Below the pieces are notes generated by a model that did not search any database, was not told where the DNA came from, and worked only from the letters and a program-made list of their open reading frames with translations. Positions 18,695 to 29,600 of a stretch of DNA of 64,000 bases are shown here, piece after piece. Origin of the DNA: an uncultured Poribacteria bacterium (lineage in GTDB: Bacteria > Poribacteria > WGA-4E > WGA-3G); NCBI GenBank assembly GCA_951813565.1, contig OX638351.1, forward strand, positions 2,432,001-2,496,000, written 5' to 3'. The first letter of the stretch is position 1; each line of letters starts with the position of its first letter. Both the position numbers and the translations under genes were made by a program.

Positions 18695-21600
18695 TTAGGT
18701 TAATATATCCTCAATCGCGAGAGGTTGTTCAAGTTCATTGTTCGCGGCTTCGAGTTTTTCTCTGCTTGAGACAACACAAACCGCAGCTTTATCCAGATTT
18801 TCCTCAAAAACTTGAAGCAGTGCACGTTGGACCTCACTCGGTGTTGCACTGAGGCGTTGTGCGTAACGTTCTTCCCGCAGCTCGCGCGTCTGCCCACTGA
18901 TGTGGTACCACTGCGCGTTACTTACTGCTTGGCTTGGACGGATCGGTTTTTCCGCATCTTTCGCTGTTGCGATAATCGCACGGTCGATGTCTGTTTGCGT
19001 CCATTCTACCTGCTTGATGTAATCTACTGTCTGTTCAAAAACATTGATCGTGCGTGCCACATGCGGATCTCTAAACGATGATTGGTACAGTGCCGCGTCA
19101 AATGAATTATAAGAGAGCCTTGCACCATAAGCATTACCTTTAAATCGGATTTCACTCAATATGTAGTCCATCCCAACAAGGTGTGTACCAATAGAGATCA
19201 ATGCTGAATCCGGATGTGAATAGTGTGGTGCCGGCATGACATGTGCACAGTGCGCAATCTGAATCGGCCCCGCCAATCCTTCGCGCGGTGGTGTGTCATA
19301 CGGCTGAAATGCTACCGGGCCTGTAGCAACCGATTCATCTCCCATAGCACGCAGCCATTCACCGAGTTTTGTGCGTGTTACCTGATAGGCAGAATCGGAA
19401 CCGACAAACCCGGCTGTCACACGCCCACGATTTAATAAAAAATATCGAATCTCTTCTATATGACCTATAAGGTCAGCGTTATGTTCGTCAAAATTATTGA
19501 GCAGATTTTCACTATGTCTGAGTTGTGGTAGACCGTAAACGATTTCAGCGAGATGTGCTTGTGGTGAAAGTCCACGGGAAGCATGATGTGTGGCTGTGCT
19601 TGAACCATCCTGAACCATCTCCGTCTGGTATTCAGCGACTGCTTGTACCATTACATCATGAAGACGTTCTGCATCGCGCGGATTTACAGAAAAAACAAGA
19701 TCATGCAGCACATCAAGTGCTACGTCCATTTTACCATCAAGCACTTTGAGATGAAAGTATGCGTTTTGCAATGAACGGCTGGGATCAAGTGCATGTGTAC
19801 GGAACCCAACACCGCATCGGATTCCACCAGTAACAGACGACTTTCGGAGTGCCATTTCCGCGAAATCCATTTCTGCTGCACCGAGTTTATGTATCGCGTC
19901 AATATATCTCGGCAAATATGTCCAGAGGTGTTGCGGTAACCCACGAATATCAAAATCCAATACAAAATAGTTAACACCGTTAGCAAAGACATCACTATGG
20001 AGGAGGTCTTGTCCACAAACTTTCTCTACTGTGGTAGGGATATGTTTTGGTCTATTGGGCAGATCACTCACTTGGAGTTGTGGCAGTTTTGCCAACGCTT
20101 CAGGCGGATTTGGTTGCCCATTCATCCGTTCTAATTCTGCAGCGTCAGCCGCAATCTGTCTCGTCTGTTCCTCCGTAAGTTGTGCACGGATAGCCTTCGT
20201 GCGTTGTTCTAATTCGGCATCGAGTTCTGCCTGCATGTTCTGGTCAGGTGAGAGCACACTCGTCAAAAGGTGTGGATTGTCCACAAGTCGTTCGCGCATC
20301 ATTTCATTAAATATACTTGGATTTTCCTGCCAACGCCGACGAACAGTAGTAAGACTCTCTCGCATCTTCAGGAAAGTATCCGTATCCTTATCGTATATCC
20401 ACGCACCAATAACGCGATAAAGCATGCGGAGTGGGAACATCGGTGCTACTTCTTGGTAGTGATAAGTTGACTGTTGGAAAGCAGCTTCTACTAATTCGCT
20501 TTCAAACTCGTTTTCAGCAAGTTCTGTGAGGGTATCGGTGACCAAATTAGTGAATGCTTCAACACGATCTGCTTCGCTCCCCTTGATTCCAACACAGAAA
20601 GTACCGTTCGGACCAATAGAACTTACACCAGAAAAAATGAGATCTGTCCCCAATTTTGAGTCTATAATCGCTTTCTTAAGAGGGGCAGCTTCATTACCCA
20701 GAAGGATGAGCGTCAGAATGTAACACATCGCAACATCCTCAGGATCTGTCGCATCACCGATGAGCCAACTCAACATCAGATAGGTCTTTTCTGTGAGTGA
20801 TTCATCTGGAGCAACGGGATAAGTATCGGTCACAGTCTGTGGCGATTCCCATCTCGGTTGGTGTGTAACTTCCGCATTAAGAGGTTGCATTGAGGCGACA
20901 GTCTCATTTTTTGGAATCTTGTCCAACCTGTCAGCAAGAAACGCGAGATAGTCGCTTGTTGGAATATCGCCGTAAAGGAAAAAATATCCATTGCTGGGAT
21001 GGTAATATGTCTCATGAAATCCTTTTAACTGCTGATATGTCAAGTCAGGAATAGCATCGGGGTCTCCACCCGATTCCTTTGCGTACAGTGTATCAGGAAG
21101 AAGTCTACTTGTCATTGAGCGATACAGCCGCGATTCGGGATCGGAAAAAACACCTTTCATCTCATTGTAGACGATGCCTGTTATCTTTAGATCACCTGTT
21201 GGATCTTCCTGATCAACGGGCGCAAGATGGTGCCCTTCGCGCTTGAATGTTTCCTCTGTCAGCAACGGATGGAATACAGCATCAAAATAGACTTCCGCCA
21301 AGTTAAAGAGGTCTTTTTTAACGTTGCTCGCGACTGGATAATAGGTGTGGTCTGAGCTTGTCATGGCGTTGATAAAAGTCGCCATGCTCATTTTAATCAT
21401 TTCAAAAAATGGTTCTTTTACCGGAAATTTTTGCGAACCTGCCAAGACAGCATGTTCAAGGATATGCGGAACACCGGTATCGTCTGTCGGTGGCGTAGGA
21501 AAATTGATTGAGAAAAGGTTTTCTGTGTCGTCTGTGTAGAGATGAAGTAGACGTGCACCACTATGGTTATGCGCCAATTCAATTGTTACGGCACGTAATT

Positions 21601-21712
21601 CTTCAATTGGTGTGATGTTTTTTACCTCAAATCCGTGAAGTTGTTGTCCGAGTTCAAGGTCAATGGGCGGGTGCTGGGACCCGCCATTTCCAGCTGCGAG
21701 TTTTGAATCCAT
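18695..21712 (-). CDS. M16C insulinase-family peptidase (presequence protease-like)
   Basis: HILEH inverted zincin motif, FINAMT, VYNEMKG, IRFKGNAYG, RDP. Confidence 0.92.
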   Translation of the reverse strand: MDSKLAAGNGGSQHPPIDLELGQQLHGFEVKNITPIEELRAVTIELAHNHSGARLLHLYTDDTENLFSINFPTPPTDDTGVPHILEHAVLAGSQKFPVKEPFFEMIKMSMATFINAMTSSDHTYYPVASNVKKDLFNLAEVYFDAVFHPLLTEETFKREGHHLAPVDQEDPTGDLKITGIVYNEMKGVFSDPESRLYRSMTSRLLPDTLYAKESGGDPDAIPDLTYQQLKGFHETYYHPSNGYFFLYGDIPTSDYLAFLADRLDKIPKNETVASMQPLNAEVTHQPRWESPQTVTDTYPVAPDESLTEKTYLMLSWLIGDATDPEDVAMCYILTLILLGNEAAPLKKAIIDSKLGTDLIFSGVSSIGPNGTFCVGIKGSEADRVEAFTNLVTDTLTELAENEFESELVEAAFQQSTYHYQEVAPMFPLRMLYRVIGAWIYDKDTDTFLKMRESLTTVRRRWQENPSIFNEMMRERLVDNPHLLTSVLSPDQNMQAELDAELEQRTKAIRAQLTEEQTRQIAADAAELERMNGQPNPPEALAKLPQLQVSDLPNRPKHIPTTVEKVCGQDLLHSDVFANGVNYFVLDFDIRGLPQHLWTYLPRYIDAIHKLGAAEMDFAEMALRKSSVTGGIRCGVGFRTHALDPSRSLQNAYFHLKVLDGKMDVALDVLHDLVFSVNPRDAERLHDVMVQAVAEYQTEMVQDGSSTATHHASRGLSPQAHLAEIVYGLPQLRHSENLLNNFDEHNADLIGHIEEIRYFLLNRGRVTAGFVGSDSAYQVTRTKLGEWLRAMGDESVATGPVAFQPYDTPPREGLAGPIQIAHCAHVMPAPHYSHPDSALISIGTHLVGMDYILSEIRFKGNAYGARLSYNSFDAALYQSSFRDPHVARTINVFEQTVDYIKQVEWTQTDIDRAIIATAKDAEKPIRPSQAVSNAQWYHISGQTRELREERYAQRLSATPSEVQRALLQVFEENLDKAAVCVVSSREKLEAANNELEQPLAIEDILT

Positions 21713-21775
21713 TTTTGCCTCCAGTTTTTATTAGACTCTTACATTTTACTAAAAATATGGTCTACAAGTTTACGT

Positions 21776-24700
21776 TTATATGTCCTCAATTTCAAGCGGA
21801 TGATCCATTTTCTGATTTTCTGTCTCTAATTTCTCACGACTCGCAACCACACAGATCGAGGCTTTATCTCTGTTCTCCTCAAAAGTTTCAAGTAATGCCC
21901 GTTTAACCTCCTTGGGAGTTGCGCGTCGGAGTTGAGCATATTTTTCTTCAACCACTTCGCGTGTCTGCCCCTTAACATAATGCCAGATGGCATCAGTTGA
22001 GGCTTGACTGGGTCGAACTGTTTTTATGTAATCTGACGATTTTGCAATAATTGCCCGGTCAATATCAGTCTGCGTCCATTCTGTCTGATTAACATAGTCA
22101 ACTGTTTGTGTGAAAACGTTGAGTGTTCGGGCGACGTGCGGATCGTACTCCGATCCTTGGTGCATCATTGGTTCAAATGGATTATATGAGAAACAATAAC
22201 CGTAGGCGTTGCCCTTTAGCCGGATTTCGGGCAACATGTAATCATTTGCTAAGATATGCGAACCGATTGTCAAGAGTCCTGAATCCGGATGTGAGTAATG
22301 TGGTGCTGGCATCATCTGTGTGCAATGCGCTATTGGAATTGGAGCCGCTAATCCTTCACGTGGGGGCGTCCCAAAAGACTTAAAACCTATCGGTGCTGGA
22401 ATTATCGGTTCATTACGCATGCCGCCAATCCATTCGGTGAACTGTTCTCGAAACAGCTCATAAGCTGCGTCAGAACCGGTAAAACTGGCGGTTACGCGAC
22501 CTTGAACTAATAGAAACTCGCGAATCTGTTCAATATTATCGGTAAGTTCTTCATAAGATTCATCGAAACGGTTGAACAACACTTCACTTGTGCGGAATCG
22601 TGGTAGTCCGTAGACAATATCTGTGAGAAATCCTCGTTGTGAAAGTCCGCGGGCAGCACGACGATTTACAACAGATGCACCGTAATAGTCATGTTTCGAT
22701 TCTACTACTTGACTCAGAATGTCGTAAAGGCGTTCTTTATCGCGCGGGTTCACAGCAAAAATTAAATCGTGCAAAACGCCCAAGGCATCCTCAATTTTAC
22801 CGTCAAGTGCTTTGAGTCGAAATTGCATATCCCACACTGGACGACTTGGGTCAAGCGCTTGTGTGGTAAAGTTTGGCGAGCATCCAATGCCGCCGGTGGC
22901 TGCTGTTCTACGTTGTGCAATCTGTTCGTAATTCATCTTACCCGCGCCGAGTCTGCCGATGGCATCCGTGTATCTCGGTAGGTATTGCCAAAGGTGTTGC
23001 GGTAACCCTTGCAAGTCGAAGTTCAACGTGAGGTAGTTAACCCCGTTTGAAAAAATGTCGTTCCGAAGCAGCGGGCGCCCGCTAACCGTCTCAATAGTTG
23101 TTGGAATATGCAGTGGTTCTTTGGGAAGGTCAGAGACGTGTAGTTGTGGTAACTTTGCCAAATCCTCTGGTGAGTTCGGTTGTCCGCTCAGACGTTCAAG
23201 TTCAGCGGCATCGGCAGCAATTTGCCGCATCTGTTCATCAGTGAGTTGGGCACGGATCGCTTTCAGACGTTTATTTTCCTTCGCATCAAGCCTTGCCTGC
23301 ATATCTGGGTCAGGAGTCAGGATGGTCGTCAACCGATGTGGGTTGTCAAGGAGTCGCTCGCGAATCAATTCATTAAAAATCTGTGGGTTTTGCTCCCAAC
23401 GTTGACGCACAGCAGATAGGTGCGTCCCCATCTTCAAAAAGAGGGTCGGTTCCTTTTCATATACCCATGTATTTATGACACGTATCATCATTTGAAACGG
23501 GAAACCCGGTGTGACTTCCTGATAATCATAGGTGATCTGTTGGAATGCGGCTTCCACTATCTCTTTGTCAATTTCTGCGTCTGCAATTTGCGTTAGTGTC
23601 CTGATGACCAATTCTGTGAAAGCGTCAACGCGATCTGCTTCACTTCCAACGACGCCAACACAGAAAGTCCTATTCGGTCCTGTCAGACCGTCTAAGGAAT
23701 TTATGAGTATATCAGTTCCAAGTTTTGAATCGATGATCGCCCTTCGGAGCGGTGCTGCTGCATTGCCAAACAGAATCAGATTTAAGATATTGCACAGGAT
23801 GACATCTTCGGGATCTGTTGTCCCTCCGATGATCCAACTGAGCATCAAGTATGTCTTATCAGTGAGGGGCTCATCTGCACCAATTGGGTAGGTATCCGTT
23901 ACAGTCTGTGGAGATTTCCACTTCGGTTGATGTGTGATTTCTGGGCGGAGAGGGTGTAGAAAGCCATCTGTTTCTGTCTTTGGAGTAGCCGCCAGTTTAT
24001 CGGCAAGAAATAAGAGATAATCGTGTGTTGGTATATTGCCGTAGAAGAAGAAGTAGCTGTTGTGTGGATGGTAGTAGGTTTGGTGATAAGTTTTCAATTG
24101 TTCGTAGGTTAAGTCAGGCATAACCAGTGTATTTCCAGCACCATTGCGCGCATAGCAGGTGTCAGGTAGAAGTCCACCGGACATGGCAAAATGTAAACAC
24201 GCTTCTGGATGGAACAGATTGTTTTTCACTTCATTGTAAACGATTCCATTTATTATTAAATCTCCTGTGGGTTGATCTGGATCAGCAAGTTCAAGATGGT
24301 GTCCTTCACGTTTGAAAGTTTCTTTCGTCAGAAGTGGATGAAAAACCGAATCGAAGTGGACTTCTGCAACATTAAATAGGTCTTTCTTGACACTGTTTGA
24401 GGTGTAGTACAAGGCATGATCGACCCAGTTCATGGCATTCGTACTGTCATAAGTTGCGAGGCTCATTTTCATGATCTCAGAGACCACCCCTTTTAACGGA
24501 TAAGTACGAGATCCACTCATTACGGAATGCTCAAGGATATGCTGCAACCCTGTATCATCTAATGTTGGTGTTATTGGACTGATTGAAAACAGGTTTCTGG
24601 AGTCGTCTGTCCGGAGATGCAACAACCGTGCGCCGCTGCGTGGATGTAAGAGTTCTATTGCTACTGCGCGCAGTTCATCAATTGGTGTGATCGCTTTGAC

Positions 24701-24787
24701 TTCAAATCCGTGAAGTTCTTGTCCTTGCTGTAGAGCGACGGGCGGGTTTGTGGAACCACCACGACCAGCTGCGAGTTTTGCCTTCAT
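21776..24787 (-). CDS. M16C peptidase, divergent tandem paralog
   Basis: HILEH, VYNEVK, IRLKGNAYG; colinear with 18695..21712. Confidence 0.88.
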   Translation of the reverse strand: MKAKLAAGRGGSTNPPVALQQGQELHGFEVKAITPIDELRAVAIELLHPRSGARLLHLRTDDSRNLFSISPITPTLDDTGLQHILEHSVMSGSRTYPLKGVVSEIMKMSLATYDSTNAMNWVDHALYYTSNSVKKDLFNVAEVHFDSVFHPLLTKETFKREGHHLELADPDQPTGDLIINGIVYNEVKNNLFHPEACLHFAMSGGLLPDTCYARNGAGNTLVMPDLTYEQLKTYHQTYYHPHNSYFFFYGNIPTHDYLLFLADKLAATPKTETDGFLHPLRPEITHQPKWKSPQTVTDTYPIGADEPLTDKTYLMLSWIIGGTTDPEDVILCNILNLILFGNAAAPLRRAIIDSKLGTDILINSLDGLTGPNRTFCVGVVGSEADRVDAFTELVIRTLTQIADAEIDKEIVEAAFQQITYDYQEVTPGFPFQMMIRVINTWVYEKEPTLFLKMGTHLSAVRQRWEQNPQIFNELIRERLLDNPHRLTTILTPDPDMQARLDAKENKRLKAIRAQLTDEQMRQIAADAAELERLSGQPNSPEDLAKLPQLHVSDLPKEPLHIPTTIETVSGRPLLRNDIFSNGVNYLTLNFDLQGLPQHLWQYLPRYTDAIGRLGAGKMNYEQIAQRRTAATGGIGCSPNFTTQALDPSRPVWDMQFRLKALDGKIEDALGVLHDLIFAVNPRDKERLYDILSQVVESKHDYYGASVVNRRAARGLSQRGFLTDIVYGLPRFRTSEVLFNRFDESYEELTDNIEQIREFLLVQGRVTASFTGSDAAYELFREQFTEWIGGMRNEPIIPAPIGFKSFGTPPREGLAAPIPIAHCTQMMPAPHYSHPDSGLLTIGSHILANDYMLPEIRLKGNAYGYCFSYNPFEPMMHQGSEYDPHVARTLNVFTQTVDYVNQTEWTQTDIDRAIIAKSSDYIKTVRPSQASTDAIWHYVKGQTREVVEEKYAQLRRATPKEVKRALLETFEENRDKASICVVASREKLETENQKMDHPLEIEDI

Positions 24788-24807
24788 TTTTCCTCCAGTT
24801 CATTTGA

Positions 24808-26109
24808 TTATTTCTTCTCTAAGCTTGCACAAACCAGTTCGTTGTCATTTCTTGCGAAGACGTGTTTGTAAGCAAAAGCGGGATGTGCCCACGTAACCCC
24901 GCCTCTACGGTTCAACTGGTCACGCGTAGGTTCAATCAATTTTGCACGACTGATTATGCTAAGTCCTTCGGGAGAGAGTTTTGTGATGAGAAGTTCACCG
25001 TGCTCATTGAACATCCAGACCTTATCACCGTTTTGAACAAAGTGGATAGTGCTCCAACGCGCTCTTTTAACAGCAGAAAGATCTTCCCAAATCCGATCGC
25101 CGTTTCGCGCATCTATGCATCGGAGTTCTCCGTAGCTGTCTACGCCATAGATATAATCACCCGCCCAAATTGGAGTTGACATCGTAGTTTGGATTGCCTC
25201 AGTATTCTTCTCGTCTTTACCTTGCTTGTGCCACACAAGTTTCACATCTAATTCATCAGTTGATAATTTCAGAAGAAATGCCCCTTCATAGAAATTAGTA
25301 ACGAACAACCGATTGTTACTCACAATGGGTGTGGCAATTCCGATTTCCCATCGAGTGGGAGGAATCGGATATTTCCAATGTAATTTTCCAGTCTGAGGAT
25401 TTAATGCAGCAACGTTAGCACCTGTCCAACAAATTAAGACCCGTTTTCCTGCTTGCGTAATTATGATGGGAGCAGAATAAGATGCGTTATCTTCCAATGC
25501 TTTCCATTTTTCCTCACCCGTTTTTCGGTCAAACGCAACGATGCATGCGTCTGGCTTGCCACCGATTTGCACAATGAGATTATCTGCTTCAACAATAGGC
25601 GCGCAAGCAATCCCCCAAATCGGCATATTAATGTTATATTCAGTGTTTAAGTCTTTTTTCCATTTGATTTCACCAGTGGCAGCATCAAAACAGTGTAGAT
25701 GTCCCATCGCACCTAAAGCATAGGCGAGTCCATCGTGTACGGTGACATTGGCACGCGGACCAGCTGAATAGTCAATCTTGTATACGCAATCGTAGGTGTA
25801 AGACCAAATTTCGTCTCCCGTTTCCCAATCGAAGCAGTGGACACGTTCGACCTGTTTCGGTTTTGTGATCCTGTCGGTAACGTATACACGTCCATCAGCG
25901 ACAGTCGGGCCACTATATCCGCTACCGATAGGCACGCTCCAACGTATAGGGATTTCTGGGTCATTAAATTCCTCAATGATATCAGTTTCGTCCCAAACCC
26001 CGTCTCGGTTTGGACCGCGCCATTGAGGCCAATCATCAGCAGTTGCAAATTGCCCCAGCATCAATACAACGGCAAAAAACGTAATGAAAAGGCATGTAAA
26101 ATGTTTCAT
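24808..26109 (-). CDS. PQQ-binding-like beta-propeller protein
   Basis: DWPQWRGPNRDG, GYSGP, WAHPAF; signal peptide. Confidence 0.85.
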   Translation of the reverse strand: MKHFTCLFITFFAVVLMLGQFATADDWPQWRGPNRDGVWDETDIIEEFNDPEIPIRWSVPIGSGYSGPTVADGRVYVTDRITKPKQVERVHCFDWETGDEIWSYTYDCVYKIDYSAGPRANVTVHDGLAYALGAMGHLHCFDAATGEIKWKKDLNTEYNINMPIWGIACAPIVEADNLIVQIGGKPDACIVAFDRKTGEEKWKALEDNASYSAPIIITQAGKRVLICWTGANVAALNPQTGKLHWKYPIPPTRWEIGIATPIVSNNRLFVTNFYEGAFLLKLSTDELDVKLVWHKQGKDEKNTEAIQTTMSTPIWAGDYIYGVDSYGELRCIDARNGDRIWEDLSAVKRARWSTIHFVQNGDKVWMFNEHGELLITKLSPEGLSIISRAKLIEPTRDQLNRRGGVTWAHPAFAYKHVFARNDNELVCASLEKK

Positions 26110-26411
26110 GGTTTTATGTAAAACTCCTCAGTTATCGGATCGTTTATGGTAGACCCTGTCATCTTTTAACTCTGTTTGTGATGTCAATCTGTTTCTGTTT
26201 GAGATTATCAAGTTACGGTGAGTATTCAACCAAAATTGCAGTTATATTTTATCATTTTACGATGAGTTTGTCAATGGAAAATGTATTTTCATTCAACCTG
26301 ATTTTGCTTGCCTCTTTTACTTAAGCATGGTAAAATTCACCCCATTGCATACGGTGTTGAGAATTCGGAGAATTTATAGGAGAGCCCCTTTAAATTTGAG
26401 TTTATGATAAC

Positions 26412-26605
26412 TTTCCTATTCCATCCATAACAGTGGAAAACCAACAGATTGCTACAAAGATTGAAGGTATAGTTTGCAAAGATCATTGATGCTAAACAAG
26501 TTGACCCTGACGTAGACATTTCCGACCTTGAAAATGAGATTGACAAACTGGTATACGCTTTATACAACTTAACCGACGATGAGATTGGATGCAATTGTAG
26601 AGTGA
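26412..26605 (+). pseudogene. C-terminal remnant of a type IIG (Eco57I/TaqI_C-like) restriction-modification enzyme
   Basis: Manual translation with two frameshifts: FPIPSIT..KIEGIV..KIIDAKQVDPDVDISDLENEIDKLVYALYNLTDDEI..AIVE-stop. Confidence 0.65.
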
Positions 26606-26645
26606 AGTGTCTGAACACCATACTGAAAATAGGAGAAATATTATA

Positions 26646-28310
26646 ATGGAAGAAATAAAGTTGGAAATTCCGAGAGTTCCAAATGATCCAAACCCAATAA
26701 GTCTAAGCCTAAAGAATGGCGATCAATTATTCATAGTTGGAGCCAACGGTTCAGGGAAATCTGCGTTAATGCAGCGATTTGCCTCAGAAAACCAGAACGG
26801 TAAGTTTAAGTTGATAACAGCTCATAGACAAACATGGTTAGACACAGAAAGGAATAATCTCACACCTGATAATCGTCAAGCATCTGAAAATAACAGGCTA
26901 AACTATACTACAAAACCCAGTGCACGCTGGACAGATTCGTTTAGTCCCAGGGACTGGTCTACTATTCTATTTGACTTGGATGCTAAAGAGAACGCTATTG
27001 ATAAGTCTATTGCTCAGCATGTACGTAATAAAGATACATCAATAGCGGAAAAAATTGCTGCTGAATCTCCATTACCGTTTGATCAAATGAATGAGTTGCT
27101 TGACTTAGGTAGGTTGAAGGTCACGCTTGAAAAAGCAGAGGATCGGAGAATACTCGCCAAGCAATCACAAGGACAGCCTTTTAGTGTTGTACAAATGTCC
27201 GATGGTGAACGGAACGCAATGATTATTGCAGGACATGTTATTACTGCTGAGGCTGGAACAGTATTCCTGATTGATGAACCAGACAGACACCTCCATCGAT
27301 CCATCACCCAACCTTTTTTCTCGGCACTGTTTGATCTCAGAAAAGAGGACTGCATTTTTATTATAGCCTCTCACGATATAGGTCTACCGACCGTTAACGC
27401 GGAAGCACGAGTTCTTATACTCCGATCATGTCAATGGAACAGTTCCCGATGTATAAGTTGGGATGCAGCAGTTTTGGAACCGAATTCACAACTCTCAGAA
27501 GATCTCAAATTATCAGAAGAACTAAAGCATGATATACTTGGATCCAGAAAAAAGATGCTTTTTGTTGAGGGAAGTTCTAATAGTCTGGATCTTAAACTTT
27601 ATGAAATATTATTTCCGGATATTTCTGTAATTCCAAAAGGAAGTTGTGAAGAAGTCCAAAAAGCAGTCATTGGTTTACACGACTCTCAAGAGAATCACCA
27701 CGTTGAAGCATTTGGTCTGATTGATCGAGACAACCGGGAAGACGAGGATGTAAAAGAACTTAGTAAAAAAGGCATATTTGCCTTAGAAGTCTATGCTGTA
27801 GAATCTCTCTACTATTGTTCAGATGCTATTGATGCTATTGCTGACCAACAAGCAAGATCCTTAAATGAAGATAAAAACAAACTTATTGAGTCAGCTAACA
27901 AACAGGCGATTGATGACTTAAATAAACATGCAGAAAGAATGTCCGCGCGAAGATGTGAACGTCAAGTAAAAGAAACCATGTCTAAAAGTCTGAACTGGGA
28001 AACAATCATAAATAGCCCAAATCAATCTATTGAAATACCTATCGATAATCCGTTTACTGATGAACTTAAACATTTCAATATGCTTGTTGAAGAAGAAAAC
28101 CTTAATAAACTAATAGACCGTTATCCTACCCGCGAAAGTGGTGCTTTCGAATTAATAGCAAAGTCACTCAGATGTCCAAACAAAAAAGATTATGAACAGA
28201 GGGTCATTACACAAATTAGACAGGACAATGAATTAGCAGAGAAACTAAAAAAACGGATTGGACCACTGTCAGAAGTATTAGATCCTAAAGATAACCCGCA
28301 AACTACATAA
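26646..28310 (+). CDS. ABC-type AAA ATPase fused to TOPRIM/DUF4435-like domain (PARIS/OLD-like defence protein)
   Basis: GANGSGKS Walker A, MSDGER signature, LIDEPDRHLH Walker B, SH switch; FVEG..D and GLIDRD TOPRIM motifs. Confidence 0.8.
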   Translation: MEEIKLEIPRVPNDPNPISLSLKNGDQLFIVGANGSGKSALMQRFASENQNGKFKLITAHRQTWLDTERNNLTPDNRQASENNRLNYTTKPSARWTDSFSPRDWSTILFDLDAKENAIDKSIAQHVRNKDTSIAEKIAAESPLPFDQMNELLDLGRLKVTLEKAEDRRILAKQSQGQPFSVVQMSDGERNAMIIAGHVITAEAGTVFLIDEPDRHLHRSITQPFFSALFDLRKEDCIFIIASHDIGLPTVNAEARVLILRSCQWNSSRCISWDAAVLEPNSQLSEDLKLSEELKHDILGSRKKMLFVEGSSNSLDLKLYEILFPDISVIPKGSCEEVQKAVIGLHDSQENHHVEAFGLIDRDNREDEDVKELSKKGIFALEVYAVESLYYCSDAIDAIADQQARSLNEDKNKLIESANKQAIDDLNKHAERMSARRCERQVKETMSKSLNWETIINSPNQSIEIPIDNPFTDELKHFNMLVEEENLNKLIDRYPTRESGAFELIAKSLRCPNKKDYEQRVITQIRQDNELAEKLKKRIGPLSEVLDPKDNPQTT

Positions 28311-28565
28311 TCTGAATCTCAGATTACGCGGATTTTCTGTTCTCTGTGCCATAGCGTTTTATTGTCTGCAGTCAAACCGATTTGATAAACGAAGGTTAAA
28401 ATCCGCGTCATCCGCGCAAACCCGCCTAATCCGCGATTCAGAAAAACACACGCGCAGATCACGCAATTACGCTGCTATTGTGAAGTGAATTTGGGATTTG
28501 CAAGGGCAAAATCCGTGTCATCCGTGCAAATCTGAGATTCTGACAAAAAAGTAATCCGAGTCATC
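28309..28565. repeat. AATCCGCG/ATCCG short-repeat palindromic region
   Basis: TCTGAATCTCAGATTACGCGGATTT opposed by AAAATCCGCGTCATCCGCG...AATCCGCGATTCAGA, and a second AAAATCCGTGTCATCCGTG copy. Confidence 0.55.
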
Positions 28566-28704
28566 CATACCTGTTGACAAAATCTCTACAAACTGCATAG
28601 GATTATCATTGACAAGATAAAGCAAAAATAGTATACTTAATCAAATAAGATAGATTCAGCATTTGAAAGGACTGAGGGCAGTTTGCTGCCCAAATTAACA
28701 ACGT

Positions 28705-29496
28705 ATGAACCTCGGACTTACGGAAAAAATTGCAGTTGTAGGTGCATCAAGCAAAGGGCTTGGGAGAGCAATTGCGCTCGGTTTAGCACAAGAAGGCGCA
28801 AAGGTCACCATCTGTGCGAGAAATAGCGACACATTGGAGGCAACTGCGGAGGAAATCCGTAACCAAACGGACTCCGAAGTGTTGGCTGTGCCGACAGATG
28901 TTAGTCAACCAGAGCAGGTAGAATCTCTAATAGATAAAGCAATATCGCACTTTGGCGGTATTGATATTTTAATTAACAATGCAGGTGGGCCCAGAGCGGG
29001 GCGATTTGACGACCTGTCAGCAGAAGATTATCTGACTGCTGTGCATCTGAATCTGATGAGCACGATAAACTTATGTCGTGCTGTTGTACCGACGATGCGT
29101 GCACGCGGTGGCGGACGGATTATCAATCTTACATCTGTTTCTGTCAAGCAACCTGTAGATGGACTGATGTTATCAAATATGGCGCGAACAGGTGTGATCG
29201 GATTTGCCAAGACACTCGCAACAGAACTCGCTCCCGATAAGATACTGGTCAATAACGTATGTCCTGGGATCATCTTTACTGATCGGATTAAGCAGTTGGC
29301 GACAGTACGTGCAGAAGAAACAGGTATCTCGTTTGATGCTGCGCTTGAGAGAATGACAGCAGATATTCCTTTAGGAAGAATTGGAGATCCAGAAGAATTC
29401 GCGAACTTGGTTGTTTTTCTTGCCTCAGAACGGGCAAGTTATATTACCGGTGCAACAATTCAAGCAGATGGAGGCATGGTAAAATCCTTGCTCTAA
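28705..29496 (+). CDS. SDR family oxidoreductase
   Basis: GASSKGLG, NNAGGP, LSNMAR. Confidence 0.88.
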   Translation: MNLGLTEKIAVVGASSKGLGRAIALGLAQEGAKVTICARNSDTLEATAEEIRNQTDSEVLAVPTDVSQPEQVESLIDKAISHFGGIDILINNAGGPRAGRFDDLSAEDYLTAVHLNLMSTINLCRAVVPTMRARGGGRIINLTSVSVKQPVDGLMLSNMARTGVIGFAKTLATELAPDKILVNNVCPGIIFTDRIKQLATVRAEETGISFDAALERMTADIPLGRIGDPEEFANLVVFLASERASYITGATIQADGGMVKSLL

Positions 29497-29600
29497 TTGA
29501 GTGTTGATTATCAGAGTCAGAGACTTCAGGTATTTTGACTTCTTTTTACTGATTGCTGAAAGCCGGCCACCGATAACCATTAATAGAAATGTAATACATA

